From assembly GCA_032718475.1 (NCBI GenBank), contig JAUCBJ010008946.1, positions 1-39,509 of the forward strand: DNA of 39,509 nt, given 5' to 3'. The DNA is from Nemertoderma westbladi (taxonomy: Eukaryota; Animalia; Xenacoelomorpha). The translations under genes and the position numbers were made by a program. The stretch's first letter is position 1. Every line of letters begins with the position of its first letter. Positions 21,136-34,210 of this stretch are shown here, piece by piece. The notes beneath the pieces were generated by a model. The model did no database searches. It was not told the DNA's origin and was given only the letters and a program-made list of their open reading frames with translations.

Positions 21136-22614
21136 CTAATATATTTACAAAAACATTCAGGTTTCTTTGAAAGGTATATGCAATAAATAGATTGAAAAGA
21201 TATGGTAATGAAAACGAGAGAAAATGTATCTTTCAGTATAGTCTGATAGAAGTGCTCGGCGCCGTATGTGCAAACCCCATTCAGTAGAGCCCAGACCCAG
21301 ACCCCCCCCCCCCCCCCCACCACTTACCAGGCCCCAGGCCACCCACAACTCTAAATCCGGTCCTGCGCATAGCCATATCCAACAGTCAAGCATAGCCAAT
21401 AGTTTTTGTGTTATTAAACCAAAATTATTCAACACTATCCAAATAAATATACGAGACTGGTCAGGCGGCGCACTGGAGTCTTTCAAAAATCCCTTTGATG
21501 TTTATCCTTTGTCTGTCCCAGATTGTCCCGGCTCGCTGTTATATACTGACTCAAGACCTTTCCAGTCATACATCCTCCTAACTAAGAGGAACGGGCTATC
21601 TATGTCTTGCACACATTTAATACTGTGTTTATTTTTACCATATCTAAATAATATATGTTTATTTTATCATTAACATTAATTAAGTGCATTTTATGCCTTA
21701 TTTGCGTAATATTTACTTCTGTACTTAATTTGGTATAGCTCTAGTTTTATTTTTATACACTTACACTAATTTGGTGTGGCTCTACAAGTTCTGCCTAAGA
21801 GACACTAATATATAAATAAGGTATTAATAAGATATTAACACTAAATATATATATATACAATAATACATAAAAATTGCGCAATTTTTAAATTTCAACATTA
21901 ATTAAACAACATTAAAATTGCAGTAATCGATACCAACACAAAGGGAAATATCAAGTCACTGGTAATATCTGAACAGATAATGTCGAACTTCGTACATCTC
22001 ATAATGTAGGGATCCATTTCAATTTCAATGGATTTTGGAATGCTTCTATATGTCATCAAGAAATGTAACAACTACTGAATACCACCAAAATGCATTCTCT
22101 AATTAAGCAAGTACCATACAAAATCCCATAATGTGTAAGGAAAATCATAAATTATAAGTGATTTAATTAAGTCGTTTTATAGGTATAATCTGTAAGTAAA
22201 CACTAATTATTACAATATAGGTATAAAGTAGATTGCTTGATCACAAATTACCCTAAACTAAAATAAGTTTATAATAATTAACTGTCTCTGTATCTCCTTG
22301 TCATTTACGCCATTATTCAGTTATTGTTCTAAATAAACAACTTTATCATGCACCAACCCTATTATGATAAAGCTATTATGACAATGATTGGGCCATATAT
22401 TACTTCTCGTCATCTTATTAAAAATAAATAATACAAAACATATAAAGCTGCTGCTCGATATTGTAATACAATAAAATAATTTTATAAATAATACGACTAA
22501 ACTACCATAGAAAATTATGTAGCAATTAATGGTCACGATATTGGGGCGAGAAGCACTTGTTCAACCCCATACAACTTTCCTTATTTCCCATCACCATGTC
22601 AAATAGTATTTCAG

Positions 22615-22822
22615 TTAATCGGAATGATGAAGATCCACTCGAACAGTTTTGTGATGAAGAGCCATCGATGGCGACAGCAGATTGACCTTAGGTTTCTCAT
22701 CAGAAAGCTGGTGTCTCACCCCGCCTGGGCTGCCGGACAAACCACTGCTGATGTAAGGATTTTGATTTTTGACTTCCTCCTGGGCATCTCTGGTTCCATT
22801 ATACGTGAAATTGGAATTGTAA
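22615..22822 (-). CDS. Probable terminal coding exon of an unidentified host gene
   Basis: GC-balanced island in AT-rich DNA. Minus strand has acceptor ttttTAG| then an open frame YNSNFTYNGTRDAQEEVKNQNPYISSGLSGSPGGVRHQLSDEKPKVNLLSPSMALHHKTVRVDLHHSD* followed by AT-rich UTR-like sequence. No homology recognised. Confidence 0.4.
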
Positions 22823-22989
22823 CTAAAAATTAATATTCAATTATAAATAGAAGGGTCAATACCGGACAATAAATCAATGCTTTCTCTGCAGGTTTGGTTT
22901 TATTAAACAATGGGATCGAAATATAGATTTACTTACAGGAAGAAAGTAAAAATTACAAATCATGGTACAGTTGTCCAAAAACTATGTGT

Positions 22990-23234
22990 TTACTCTGTTA
23001 GTATTATATCATTTATGTCGGATATTGTGGAGAAAGCAATAACGATTGATGAGAGATTTCATCTCATATGGTGATGGAATTTTGTTAGAGACAAATGTGA
23101 ATGTATGACTTGTGATAATTGTAGCATTCGTTGGGCACACTTATCAAAGTCGGAAACTACATGTATGTCCAGGTGGGATCGAACTGCAGACCTCTGAGTC
23201 GGAAGTCTGGTGCTAACCATTCCGCTAGCGGCTC
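22990..23234 (-). mobile_element. tRNA-derived SINE
   Basis: Minus-strand head GAGCCGCTAGCGGAATGGTTAGCACC...AGAGGTCTGCAGTTCGATCCCACCTGG with A box TAGCGGAATGG and B box GTTCGATCC (23170-23234). No intact cloverleaf; 3' boundary approximate. Confidence 0.75.
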
Positions 23235-24099
23235 AGGTAAAAAGTAGTCCTGGAAATACTACTGTACTGAATTTCCGCAATTTGCATCCTCATGGCATCC
23301 CATCTGTCAATACCATCATATGCTGCAACTGTGCGCAACCTGCCCTACCGTACATGGCCGTTTTTAACCACTCGCACTCCCTACAATGAAACGGTAGTGT
23401 ATACTAACAACATGTGAACATATGAACAATAATCACAGCCACAATGATTAATTATACACATTTAATACTAATTCAGGTAGGACAGTTACACCCATAGATA
23501 AATGCGAGAAAGCCAACAAACAGTTATAATAATATGAAAGCACTCATTTAGCCATAACACAAATAATAAATTATTAAATTTAATACATCTTGCTGTTCGC
23601 TTTTTTCCATATGTTATTAGATTTTAATTACCAGTTTTCTAGCAGTTGTAATTATTATTATTAACCTACAGAATTCAACTTCATTCGTTCAAATTAATTC
23701 AGCAGAATGGCACAATAGAGTAAACTAAAATAGATTACGCCTGGGTTGATTGAATCATGTAATTAATGTTTGCCAAGTTAAGTCATTAACCTTTATCACA
23801 CAATTTTAAATACAACAATTAATTAGAGCTATATGGCAGTCAACGAGATGGGTCTGTAACGTCCAACCATAAAGAGAAGCACACAGAGCGAAACACACAG
23901 GGAGAAGTGCGACGCTGATTGGCTGCAACTTTACGGTGCTGTCAGGAAATTAGTACACGCTTATATCGCTTTGTAAAAGTGTCGTCTGTAATTCGCCCAT
24001 AGTTGGGCGAGAACATTGATAACACCTCCCCTTCTGAAACTAAATAAAAGACTAACTGAAACTAACTAAAAGGAATTCATATAAAATAAGCTAGAAATT

Positions 24100-24630
24100 T
24101 TAAACTTGTTTTTAGTGGCGGGTGCCAAATTTTGGTACCAGCCCCAAATGTTGAAATATGTCAATTTTGAAAATAGATTGTTTGAAGGTGATTTTTCCAC
24201 AATAGGGTTTTTAGGCGTTCTGGTCTCGTTTAGAATATATACTAATTGCACCAGGTATATTAACGATGTATTTTTCGGTGCTGAGTGCAAAATTTGGTGC
24301 CAGCAAGAAATTTTGAAAATTCATTCAATAGTGACAATAGCGACAACTCATATCTTACATTTCAGAGGTTTATAGGGGGTTCTGAATTCAATGGAATAAA
24401 TATTTATTTAATAACTAGACATTTCAAACTTGTATTTTTCGGAAGCATGGGTGCAAAATTTGGTGCTAGCACAAAATGTTGAAACCCATCAACAATATCA
24501 ATTGATTTTGTCACCATGTTTCTTGCGTTATACGGATTTGTGAGGATTCTGAATTCAATAGAATATGTAAAAATTGCATAAAAATTCTGAAACTTATATT
24601 TTTCGGCAGTGGGTGAAAATTTTGAAAAAC
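24100..24630. repeat. Degenerate modular repeat, likely a non-autonomous DNA transposon interior
   Basis: G(G/A)GTGC(C/A)AAATTTGGT(A/G)C.AGC recurs at about 24120, 24284 and 24449, with a fourth degenerate copy near 24611 (about 165-bp period). Confidence 0.55.
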
Positions 24631-25404
24631 ATCGTTTATTATTTTGGTTAGAAATTGCCAATGCTGTAACCTGCTCTTTTCCTTCAATTGGAAGGTAACA
24701 ATAGCGTTTATTGATTCCCACATTCCCACCCACCTTCCCATCTTCCTTCATCGTCTGGGTATAAACTCCGCCTTATCAGCTGGCAATCAGGGCAATATGG
24801 GGTATGCTAAGTGTTTCGCCATATTCGGCAGTACAATACTGTACAGATATACTGTCCCCCTTCCTGCCTTCCCTTTAGCGTAATAAACAAACAATAAATA
24901 TTTTAAATGTAATATACTAATAAGTATAGTATCATTATTCAATAATATTAATTATAATTAATATAAACAACTTTAACTATTAATATTGATAACTATTAAC
25001 AAAAAAGATTAGTAAAATATTGCAGCAAAAACAGAAAAGCTGTATTGTTTTTAATATATGATTAATGTTTCAAAACCAACTAAATATGCAAAAGTTGTTT
25101 ACATCTGTAACTATCCCATCTTTGCTGGGGCAATCACACAACTTTCATACCCGCCACCCTTCATCCTATATCGCATTTTTAATATATAATAACATGCCTT
25201 TGCTGCATTGTCTGCATACCGGTATGCCTGAAGGCCTACTGCTATGTCATATGATGATACTGATACGTAACAGGGTAACCTGATCCCCTATTGGCTATTT
25301 ACCTAACAGAGAGTTAGGTAAATATTCTATCTATTTCTCCCGATTGGTTATATGATTAGATGCCGTCAGATCAGATCAGATCAGATAAAGACAGACGTTT
25401 TATT

Positions 25405-28100
25405 CTACCTCATCAAGATTAGGCTTTATAGCAAATAGAGACTTGCACAAGAATCCAGTAAATATCAGATTTAGATTAACTTTATTCCAAAAATCATCCG
25501 AATCCACTAGTTCTAACTCAGAATCTCTCTCATCAACATCGATGATCAATCATCGTATTTATTCTTGAGTAGATAAATCAAAACAGACTTTGCAGTCTAA
25601 GTCAAAGGTTAACACCATAGGGTGATAGCCACAAATCCAACAGTTGAAGGCATACTCATGGTCGGTCATAGCCTCAAAGTGAAAATAAGGTTTACAAAGT
25701 ATATCCTCATTAACTGTAAAGCCAATGGTATTAGACAAGGAAGAAGCGAAAGTACTAAAGACACTGAAGGGATGACAATCCCATCAAAATACAGAATCGT
25801 AATATCAAGTATAATAATCAAATATATAAATCGTGCAGAGAAGGTCAACGAGCAAGCAGTATCTGGATGTACTAGTAAGTAATAGTAGGCCTAGGTAGAT
25901 AAGTACTGAAGTCTGTACAGCAGTACCGCATGGCAGTCCGTCTTATAATGATGAGGCCCGGACTCAGTTAGGTCCCCTTGGTGAGGGTGCGAGTCCTGGT
26001 AAAGGGAACGCTACAACACCATGGTTGGCAACATGGTGGCGCAACCATACCAGGACATCTACTTAATTAAATGTATATCATCAAAATTGTCGACCCCAGA
26101 TTTATAATCTTGAATGCGATAACAAGCTCCAAAAGTAGGGCATTCTTTGAAAAACGTTTGTAAATTCACCAACACACTCATAAAGCAATAAACTTTGGCT
26201 GAACATGTGATATTACATCGATCATTTCATTCGATATCACAATACTTGCAAACTGTTTCTGAAGGTTCGTACAATAGTGGCAATTCACTGTTCAGTTTTT
26301 GGCTAAAAGACCGATGTTTACAGGAATCTTTTTAACCTCTTGTAAATATTTAACCATTTTTTTAAGGATCGCTATGTCTGAAGGTCAATAAACAAACTTA
26401 GAAGATTGAATCCTCTCTGTGGAGCCAGGAAATGAATTCGCATCACTGTCAATGTCATCCATGGATTCATCAGGAACAGATGTCAAATATTTTTTTGATA
26501 TTAATGTTTCTGGGTTGGAGCCTGTCTCATACATGTTCCACAAACACAAAGCCTTGTGTATACAAATCAATATGTTCCTGACATCACATCTACAGTGGAA
26601 ACTGCATTTTGATACATCATAATGGACATGTATATGTTTAAAACTCGAGAAATAATTGTAACTTCCCTCACCAATATATACTGAAAATAAATAATTGTGA
26701 GAATAATCTATAGGTTTAAACATTACCACTGTTGGCGTATTAGCTTTCATGGCCTCACCATAGACTGAAATGCACTCCTTGATGGTATACATTTTCAAAA
26801 AAAAATTTTGAATCACCCAGCTCTAATAATTTATCATGAGATAAGTTCTGAATGGCATGGTCATTATCAACAAGATTGACAACAGCACAATGGGAACATT
26901 CAGATGAAGGAGAATTAACTCCTGAAATCAGCAGTTGTGATATTACATGTCTCCAATTCGCATTGCACAAATCATGCTAAAATCTACTCCTTGATTGCAC
27001 CTCATGACATGGACAGGCGAATCAATACCACTCTTGCAGTGATGCACAAGGTACAGACCATGACTGGGGTCGATTAATACGCCATGTTTAAATACAATCG
27101 ATGAATGCTGCAGACGAACATGTCATGCCAAACTGTGTGAAAGCATCCATAATTTACAAAGATAAAACTTGCGAGGAGATATTATGGGACTTTTCGGTTT
27201 ATGCTGGAAGTGCTTTTTGGGACTCTTTGTCATAATCCAGGAACAGGTCGGGACTAGATGCGGATTGATCCTCGAGGAAGATATTGAAGGAGGCCTACTT
27301 ACAATTGGACTCAAGGGCTTCACAATATGATCTCATTCCACATCTGAAATATTTGTTCTAATATATAGAACAGTTTCACTAAAAATGAAGACAAATCCAA
27401 TGTTTTGAAGTCACCAACATCATGGGAATAAGTCGATGAAGACATATCACCAGAGCCACTGAGAGCAGAGATCTTATTCATTGGCAAGGGAAGATCAGAC
27501 TGTGATGTACTGGTAGTAATAGTGGTAGGCCTACTGATACTGTTACCAGAATTCTCGGTCGATGTTAATAAAGTTTGGGTTACCACTGGGTACACAAGTG
27601 GTTGTAACATTTCAACTTGATTATTTGGTTTAGATTGATCTGTTACTCGTATGGGTAGATTACAAATAAACATAGGCGTATCTGGATTAAACTTAGAGGG
27701 TTCACTCGATAAGTTACCACCTATCGATACAGTAGCAATACAATTATGAATATTGCATAAATTTTCTAAAAAGCTTGATTTCCATCTGATAATAGCCAAA
27801 CAATCTAGAAACGGACAATGATAGTATGCTCGAAGATTTGGAGTAGATTTGGTAGTTTCACTTATAGCTGCAACTTCAACAGTCTCAGATTCATGGTTTA
27901 ACTCGCATGAAAGACAATATAAACCTTCAACACTAATGGCATGGTTCCAATAACCTTTAATAATATGCTCTTTAATTTTAGAAGAATAAGCATGACAATA
28001 GGAGCATAACGTACAATGATTATGAGAAAATGAGATCCCATCTTTACAGTACCGTTCCTTGTATGTCTCCACAGCAGGAATGTTGCAAATGTCTACCTCT
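25405..28100 (-). pseudogene. HMGXB3-like / CxC4 cysteine-cluster protein associated with KDZ (Kyakuja-Dileera-Zisupton) transposases; decayed and truncated
   Basis: Successive minus-strand blocks: C2H2-like fingers (CTLCSY..., YYHCPFLDC...H); HGVLIDPSHGLYLV...SGIDSPVHV (about 27090-27000); SG....ECSH; SWIM-like HVHYD...CRC...CIHKALC; YEPSETVCKYC...AKVY...KECPTFGACYRIQDYKSGVDNFDD (26280-26065); PYFHFEAMTDHEYAFNCWICGYHPMVLTFDLDCKVCF...DFWNKV (25710-25440). Multiple stops and frameshifts. Confidence 0.72.
25835..26060. mobile_element. GC-rich structured insertion interrupting the CxC4-like gene
   Basis: Protein similarity breaks at about 26062 and resumes near 25830. The insert holds stems GGACTC/GAGTCC, GTCCTGGTA/TACCAGGAC and CACCATG/CATGGTG. 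Confidence 0.5.
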
Positions 28101-28546
28101 TCATGGACTACTGATTTAACATCAATATCCTGTGAATTATCCTATTAATGATGGTGACTATGATGCCAAGATAACGCCAATGCACTAGCACTTCTATATT
28201 TATAATTACAAATCATTATACTGTCTCATTCAGTGATTATATGGAAGTATGGTAAATAAATCATATAGGCCTACCAATAAGGCAATACTCAATAGGGTTA
28301 CAGCTACAAACTGACAATGGCCTAACTGTAAGGGTAGGCCTAATAATAGGCATATTGCTGTATTGATTAGTATTAGGCCGACACTGCTGCACTGTGAAAT
28401 GATGACATATAGACATAGTAGATAGTAGAGAGTACCAGTACCTCTACCTACTGGCAAACGTTAAATCGAGAACACCACAACTGTCAGACTGTTAAGAGTC
28501 CCTCATTGGAATATAAGCCTAATCTAGTAGACTATTCCTTGCTGCC

Positions 28547-30350
28547 TTGGGTTGTACAAAAATTACTACTGGTACTGGTAGGCCTAGGCTTAGGCCTACC
28601 AGGTCGTGTAATGAGCACGAAATAGATGAAGTTGTTGCCGCTTTGCTGGAAGATGATGGAGAGAATGAAGGAGAAGCTGTTGCTGGTTTGTTGGAAGATG
28701 AACCTGTGTATGAGATTGAAGACAACTTACTACTGAGTGACAATGAATGGGAATTAGACGAAGAGAGGGACTCATCTGATAATGAAGATGAGCCAGAGCC
28801 AGGAGATGCAGAAGAGGAGTATGATTCTGATTGTACCTTGCCAGGTGACAATGAATCAGCCAAGATTACTTCGAAAGCTGGGATTGAGTATATTGACTAT
28901 GAACCTCCACCATCAAAGAGAAGTCACTGTGATATAATAACTTTCATCCAAAAGTAAAAGTTCAACCTCAATCGGAAAAGGAGAGTTTTCAAGTTTTCAT
29001 AACTGAAGACATTCAGTACATAACTCTTAGAGAAACTAATCGTAGAGGTACTGCAATGGTGAAAAAGAAAGAACTCCAAAAGTTTGATCGCTTCTCCTTC
29101 AAGAGTTACAAGCTGGTTTGGGGATCATGATAATGGCTGGTGTTTACCGTAGTGCTCACCAAGAATTATAGGAATTATGGAATCCTGTTCATGGACCACC
29201 ATTTTTTTGTGCTGCCATGGGTTTACAAAATTCAAACTGTCATTGCGATGTTTGAGATTCGACAACATTGCCACTAGAGAAGCACGCAAACAGGCAGCAG
29301 GTGGAGATAAGTTTGCTGCTATACGCAACGTCTGGGAGATGCTTCAGGCCCAGTTATTGAAGGGAATTATTCCTGAAGTCAATCTGACAGTTTATGAACA
29401 GCTTGTAGGTGTCCCAGCTAGGATGTATATGCCAAAGAAACCTAAAAAGTTTGGTACTAAGAAATTTTGGATCAATGAAGCCTCTACTGGTTATGCATTG
29501 GGAGGTATCATATACAGTGGGAAACTAGAGGGTGAGGCAGTTCATCGGGGATTGGGGAAAGATATTGTATTGGAACTGTGTGAACCGTTCTAACAAACTG
29601 GCCGAAATATCACAACGGACAACTTTTTTACTTCGTTCGATTTGGCGGTTGAACTGAGAAAAAAGGGCCTTACTCTATTAGGAACTGTACGTAAGAACAG
29701 AAAAGAGGTTCCATCAGAGCTACAGCTGTCGAAGAAACGTACTGTTAATTCCAGTGCGTTTGTGTTCAACGAAGAACATAAAATAACCGTAGTATCCTAC
29801 ATGGCTAAGAAAGATAAAAACGTCATAATGCTATCAAGTAGCCACTGCCCTTTTGAAACTGATAAGGATGGCAATCCAATAGCATAACTATAACAGCACT
29901 AAATTCGGTACAGATCTAATGGATGAGCAAGTCAGCCACTTCACGTGTAAAAGAAAGACAGATCGGTGGCCTGTTGTTATTTTCTCGAATATGGTCGACG
30001 TTTCTACAGTGAATGGTTTCATTATTATGAACAAGTTGGGATACAATAAATTACGGAGTCAGTATCTCAAGAACCTGGCATTGGCATTGGCAACTGACAA
30101 CATTCAATACAGGGTGAACCAGTTCCGAACACCGAAGCTGTCATGACAAGCTGCTGAATTCCTCGGATTTAGCCCTGCAAAGTCCAATGAAGATGATGTG
30201 AATCACATTACTCTTGGACCTCGGAAGTGTTATGTTTGCACTGGTAAAAATGCTTCATCAATGCGCCAGCGATGTGACAAATGTCACAAGCCTGCTTGCA
30301 AGCAGCATCTTATAGTTACCAAAACTTGTGTATGCCAAAACTGTAAATAA
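28547..30350 (+). pseudogene. piggyBac (PGBD4-like) transposase, decayed
   Basis: Acidic N-terminus; LRFDN; DKFAAIRNVWE; V(Y)EQLV..RMYMPKKPKKFG; GRNITTDNFFTSFDLA; GTVRKNRKEVP; MLSS; YNSTKFGTDLMDEQ..FTCKRKTDRWP; C-terminal Cys-rich domain CYVC...CDKCHKPACKQH...CQNCK* ending 30350. Several stops and frameshifts. Confidence 0.93.
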
Positions 30351-31783
30351 GTATAGGTATGTGAATTATTTTAATTAATGATTAATAATGTAATGATATC
30401 AGATATAGTAATGACATTAAATCAAATATCCAATATAACATTAATACATCAATAATTAAACGCTACAATACATTTTTAATAGTAAAATACAAAAGTAATC
30501 TGTACATAATATTACAATAATAAGAATAATGGAACATTTTATATAACCTAAATAAATTTGTGTATGGGTGGTGAGCAAGAAGGGCCTGCAGATGATAATG
30601 CTACTCTAAAAAAATAAATTAAGAAGACAACAATACTAATTTTGATAAAATGTGATAATAATTTTGTGATAAATACGTGATATGAGCTAAAATGTGATAA
30701 AAAAAAAAAGGGAAAGACATTTGTTTCTTACACAACAAAATACCATGGGTTGCCCTTTCCCATGAATTTCCATCTCTGGCAGTCATCAGAAATAATATAT
30801 CCCATGAATTAAATAAGAAACATGAAAAACTACAAATGTAGTGCACATGTACTAATTAAGTAACCAAAATTCTTGTACGTATTAGTGTTAAATAGAATAA
30901 AATAGCCTCGCACCTGTGCAAAACAATGCAAAATTTGAACGCTCATATATCAGCTATTTTTCAACGAAATTCAAATTGTGTTACATATTTGGAATCCTTG
31001 CATGGCCAGCTTTCCATTGGTACCAACAAACAGGAAACAGCTATAAGGTAGAAGAACAAATGCGGTGTATCTGGTGTAATATCGCTGGAGACACTTTTTT
31101 TAAACGCTTGTTTGTAGCTTAAAGATTGAAAGCAAAAATAAAAATTCTGGTTCACCCAGTCAGTGGTCGGGAGGTGAAACTATCTCTGTTTCAAATTTCA
31201 TGCAATCTCATTACGATTTGTAAAAAAATTAGGGGGGTCGGGGGGGGGGGGGGGCATGTCACTGAATTACAACACTATATTCCTGTATTCTGGGATATGG
31301 TGTATTGCAGTAGGCTATTGCTGTATTGTAGTCAGAGCCAAGTCAAGAAGTAGGCCTAGATCCATGAATTTAACAAATATAGCCTACCGGGTATCCAACT
31401 GTAAGCATTAAGCAACAGTTGTCATGTTCTCTGTTTAACGTCTTGTGATGATATAGGCCCACTGCTGTACTGCCTGCCTACAGACAGATATAATTTGCAG
31501 AATAATACAGTGGTGCCACCAACAGACTGACGGAAGACATAGTATACCAAGATACCATAGACATAGATTACCAGTTCCAGTACCCATAGCTCTGTAGCTA
31601 CAACAGAAGAAGACATACTAGTCTACTGGTACCAAACAGCCAAACCATTAAATTCTTGCAAAAATACCAGTAATGGAAGCTAACAACAGTATCAGTGCTA
31701 CAACATAGACCCAGGCCTACGAATTCGTAAACTAACTTACTGTACTGTCAGCCAATCAGCGTTACACTGCTCTGGGTGCTGCT

Positions 31784-31981
31784 ACCGTACTAGTAGGTAA
31801 CAAAACACAATATTTAAAATCAAACAACTTAACCGTTGCATGCAAACTGTTAACCTGATAAAGCCCTCCTTTTGGGCGAAACCAAGACTGTCTCTGTGAT
31901 GTGCTCACAGATCAGCAGTTTTCATGTAACGGTTAAGTTGTTTGATATTAATAATTGTGTTTTGTTACCTACCAGTACGGT
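31784..31981. repeat. About 68-bp inverted repeat (foldback) with a structured spacer
   Basis: accgtactagtaggtaacaaaacacaat...caaacaacttaaccgttgcatgcaaactgtt (31784-31851) pairs with 31913-31981. The spacer has GCCC/GGGC and TCTGTGA/TCACAGA hairpins. Confidence 0.85.
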
Positions 31982-32387
31982 TTTTACCCGCTTGTTGAGT
32001 CTTAATAATTAAATTTATTTATTTATTTTTATTTGATTAAATATTAATACTTATCATTGGTTTAATTACTACTACATTAGCTCTTATGGAATTTCCGAAA
32101 CTATTTATAGGAGAGTGGACGAGGAAATTAATTATGACCAAAACATACAATACATTCAAAGGCATATTTTCAATATAAATCCACATTACTGATAGTGCAA
32201 TTGACATGAACCGCAACAAAATAGATATAATTAATTCAATGTTAAGTTATTATTAGAGTTGCTAGTTAAAGTTGCCTTATTTTATAATCAATACAAATTA
32301 TATAGGCCCTAGATATAATTAGACATTTGCATCTAAGCGAATTGACCAACAATCATTTACTCTTCTTAACTATGCCAAAGTTAATTG

Positions 32388-33914
32388 TTATTGAACCATT
32401 GATTGTAGCGTTGATTGTAGGAAAAGCGACTTGACAGCATACCCTGCTGATGCAGCATCAGTGCATTCACCTATCCAGCTGTCATCATCTCCATCGGGGA
32501 ACAAGACATCTTGATGAACCACTATTGTGACACTTTCCACATCCCATCCTTGGAGCTCCTGTGTCAAAATTCGGATTTTTTCAAATTCGGAAATTCTGAT
32601 CACTGCCATCCGCGATTCATAGAGAGTGTTAGTATGAGTGTTTCCTGGGACGACACCAGACAAGACTGTACTAACTCGATATTGTGAGTTTTAGAGGGCC
32701 TTTTTAAGTAACTTGAAGTCTTAGAAAGACTCTTATGCACAAGATGAAATAGGGCATAATTTGCTGGTAAATTGCTATCAGCAATAGTTTGTGCAGCCAT
32801 CTTTCTACAACTCATTGGGGTTATTCTCCGCTCCTCATTAGCTTGCTGTCCTTCTCGCAATATAGCTGTCAGGATTTGTGTAAAATGGTTCTTACCGATG
32901 GGCTGATTTGTATACCACCTCCAATCTCCTTTAGCAGTAGACAGCTTTGGGCGAACCCAATACTGCTCTTCAGGATTAACTTTTCCTTGTGGGAAATGCT
33001 TAGAAATGAAGAGATCATTAGGTAAACAGGTCAAACTGACTTATCTTACACTTCATAGGCCCTCAGCCCGAATGATACGGACATCTCTAACTGATCCACC
33101 TTTCCGAGTTTTTGTACAGCGTCCTTTCAAAGTAAGATAAAACTTTTTATCCTTAGTAGATAGAATGTAACTTGTTCGTCTCCTATTTGCATATTATGCA
33201 TTTCAACACTTGGGCGAGAACCAAAATGCGTTGTCATAACAAGTAGAGGGTATTTCTTAATGTCGTGGAGTTCCCATATCCCAGCAAACCTTTCTTTCTA
33301 AGTATCTTAAAATCACCACTTTCCAATGGATCACTGGCGTTAGCAAGATTGCCCATCCTACTCTCTTTGATCTGCTTCAGGCGGCATTGAAAGATCTCTT
33401 TGGTTTTTGTGAACTCCGGTTTTACAAGAACCCCATACCCTATGTCTTTGTAGAGCAGTAGAATTCCATAAAAATACGTTTGTAAGGTGGTTGTTTCGAA
33501 TTTTTCTCCAGATGATTATTTGAATTCTTTCAAAAAACCATTAGTATATCGAGCTAGATAATTCATATTTAGATTATCAATATTTCGTCTTTCTCCTTTG
33601 AGAATGAGATATTTCGATAATGCTGCGACTGACTGTTTTGTTGACCACGCTGTATTGTGATTTCTATTTTAAGCCAAATAAACATCATCATCTATCTCCT
33701 GCGACATACCTTTCATATCCTCTGCATCACATTCGCCCTCCAACTGCTCGTCTAGTCTTTCTGCTTGCGCCTAACTATTATTTATGGTAACTCTTGAACT
33801 GGCACCAGTATCAGCGCCAGCTGGGAGTTGTTGATCACCCCACTCATGTCATTGTCCACTAGCTTCCTCCAACTCAACAATAAGTGCATTTAGACAATTG
33901 GTATCCATATCCAT
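32388..33914 (-). pseudogene. Crypton tyrosine-recombinase transposase (DUF3504 / ZMYM-QRICH1-KCTD1 type), decayed
   Basis: N-terminal NHNTAWSTK...YLILKGERRNID...GEKFETTTL; HFGSRPSVEMH (catalytic R); KTRKGG; WYTNQPIGKN; ITPMSCRK (degenerate HxxR); HKSLSKTSSY (H...Y). Multiple stops and frameshifts. Confidence 0.85.
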
Positions 33915-34210
33915 AGGCCTATTGCTAATGCTTTATAGATATCACGGTAGAGTGTACTACTGATATTTGTTAGATTCAAAAAGGTATTAGTATTGTGGCT
34001 ATAAATAAAAAATGATTAACTATAGGAGCGTGACTATATACTAATACTAATAATTAATATTAATAATAATATTAAATAATAATATACTATAATTATTGTC
34101 TGTTCGAGAACGGAATATACGGATAAAATACCTGAAGCAAATTAATCTGTATAACTACTGAGGCCGTATTAGTTATTTTCATGTGCAGAGTTTTGCTGTA
34201 CAGTAGTGAT

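Noticed and set aside
21006-21673. Gly/Pro-rich ORFs
   Set aside because: Generated by a poly-C tract and MITE sequence.
23170-23234. Functional tRNA gene
   Set aside because: A and B boxes are present but the acceptor and anticodon stems do not pair; better explained as a SINE head.
23365-23390. TTAA|CCACTCGCACTCCC as the left TIR of the piggyBac at 28547-30350
   Set aside because: No matching inverted copy was found near 31180 or elsewhere in the window; it may be an unrelated terminus.
25385-25425. Hammerhead-like CTTGATGAGG...AAAACGTC on the minus strand
   Set aside because: No stem II, and the segment is the continuation of the CxC4-like coding frame (IKPNLDE).
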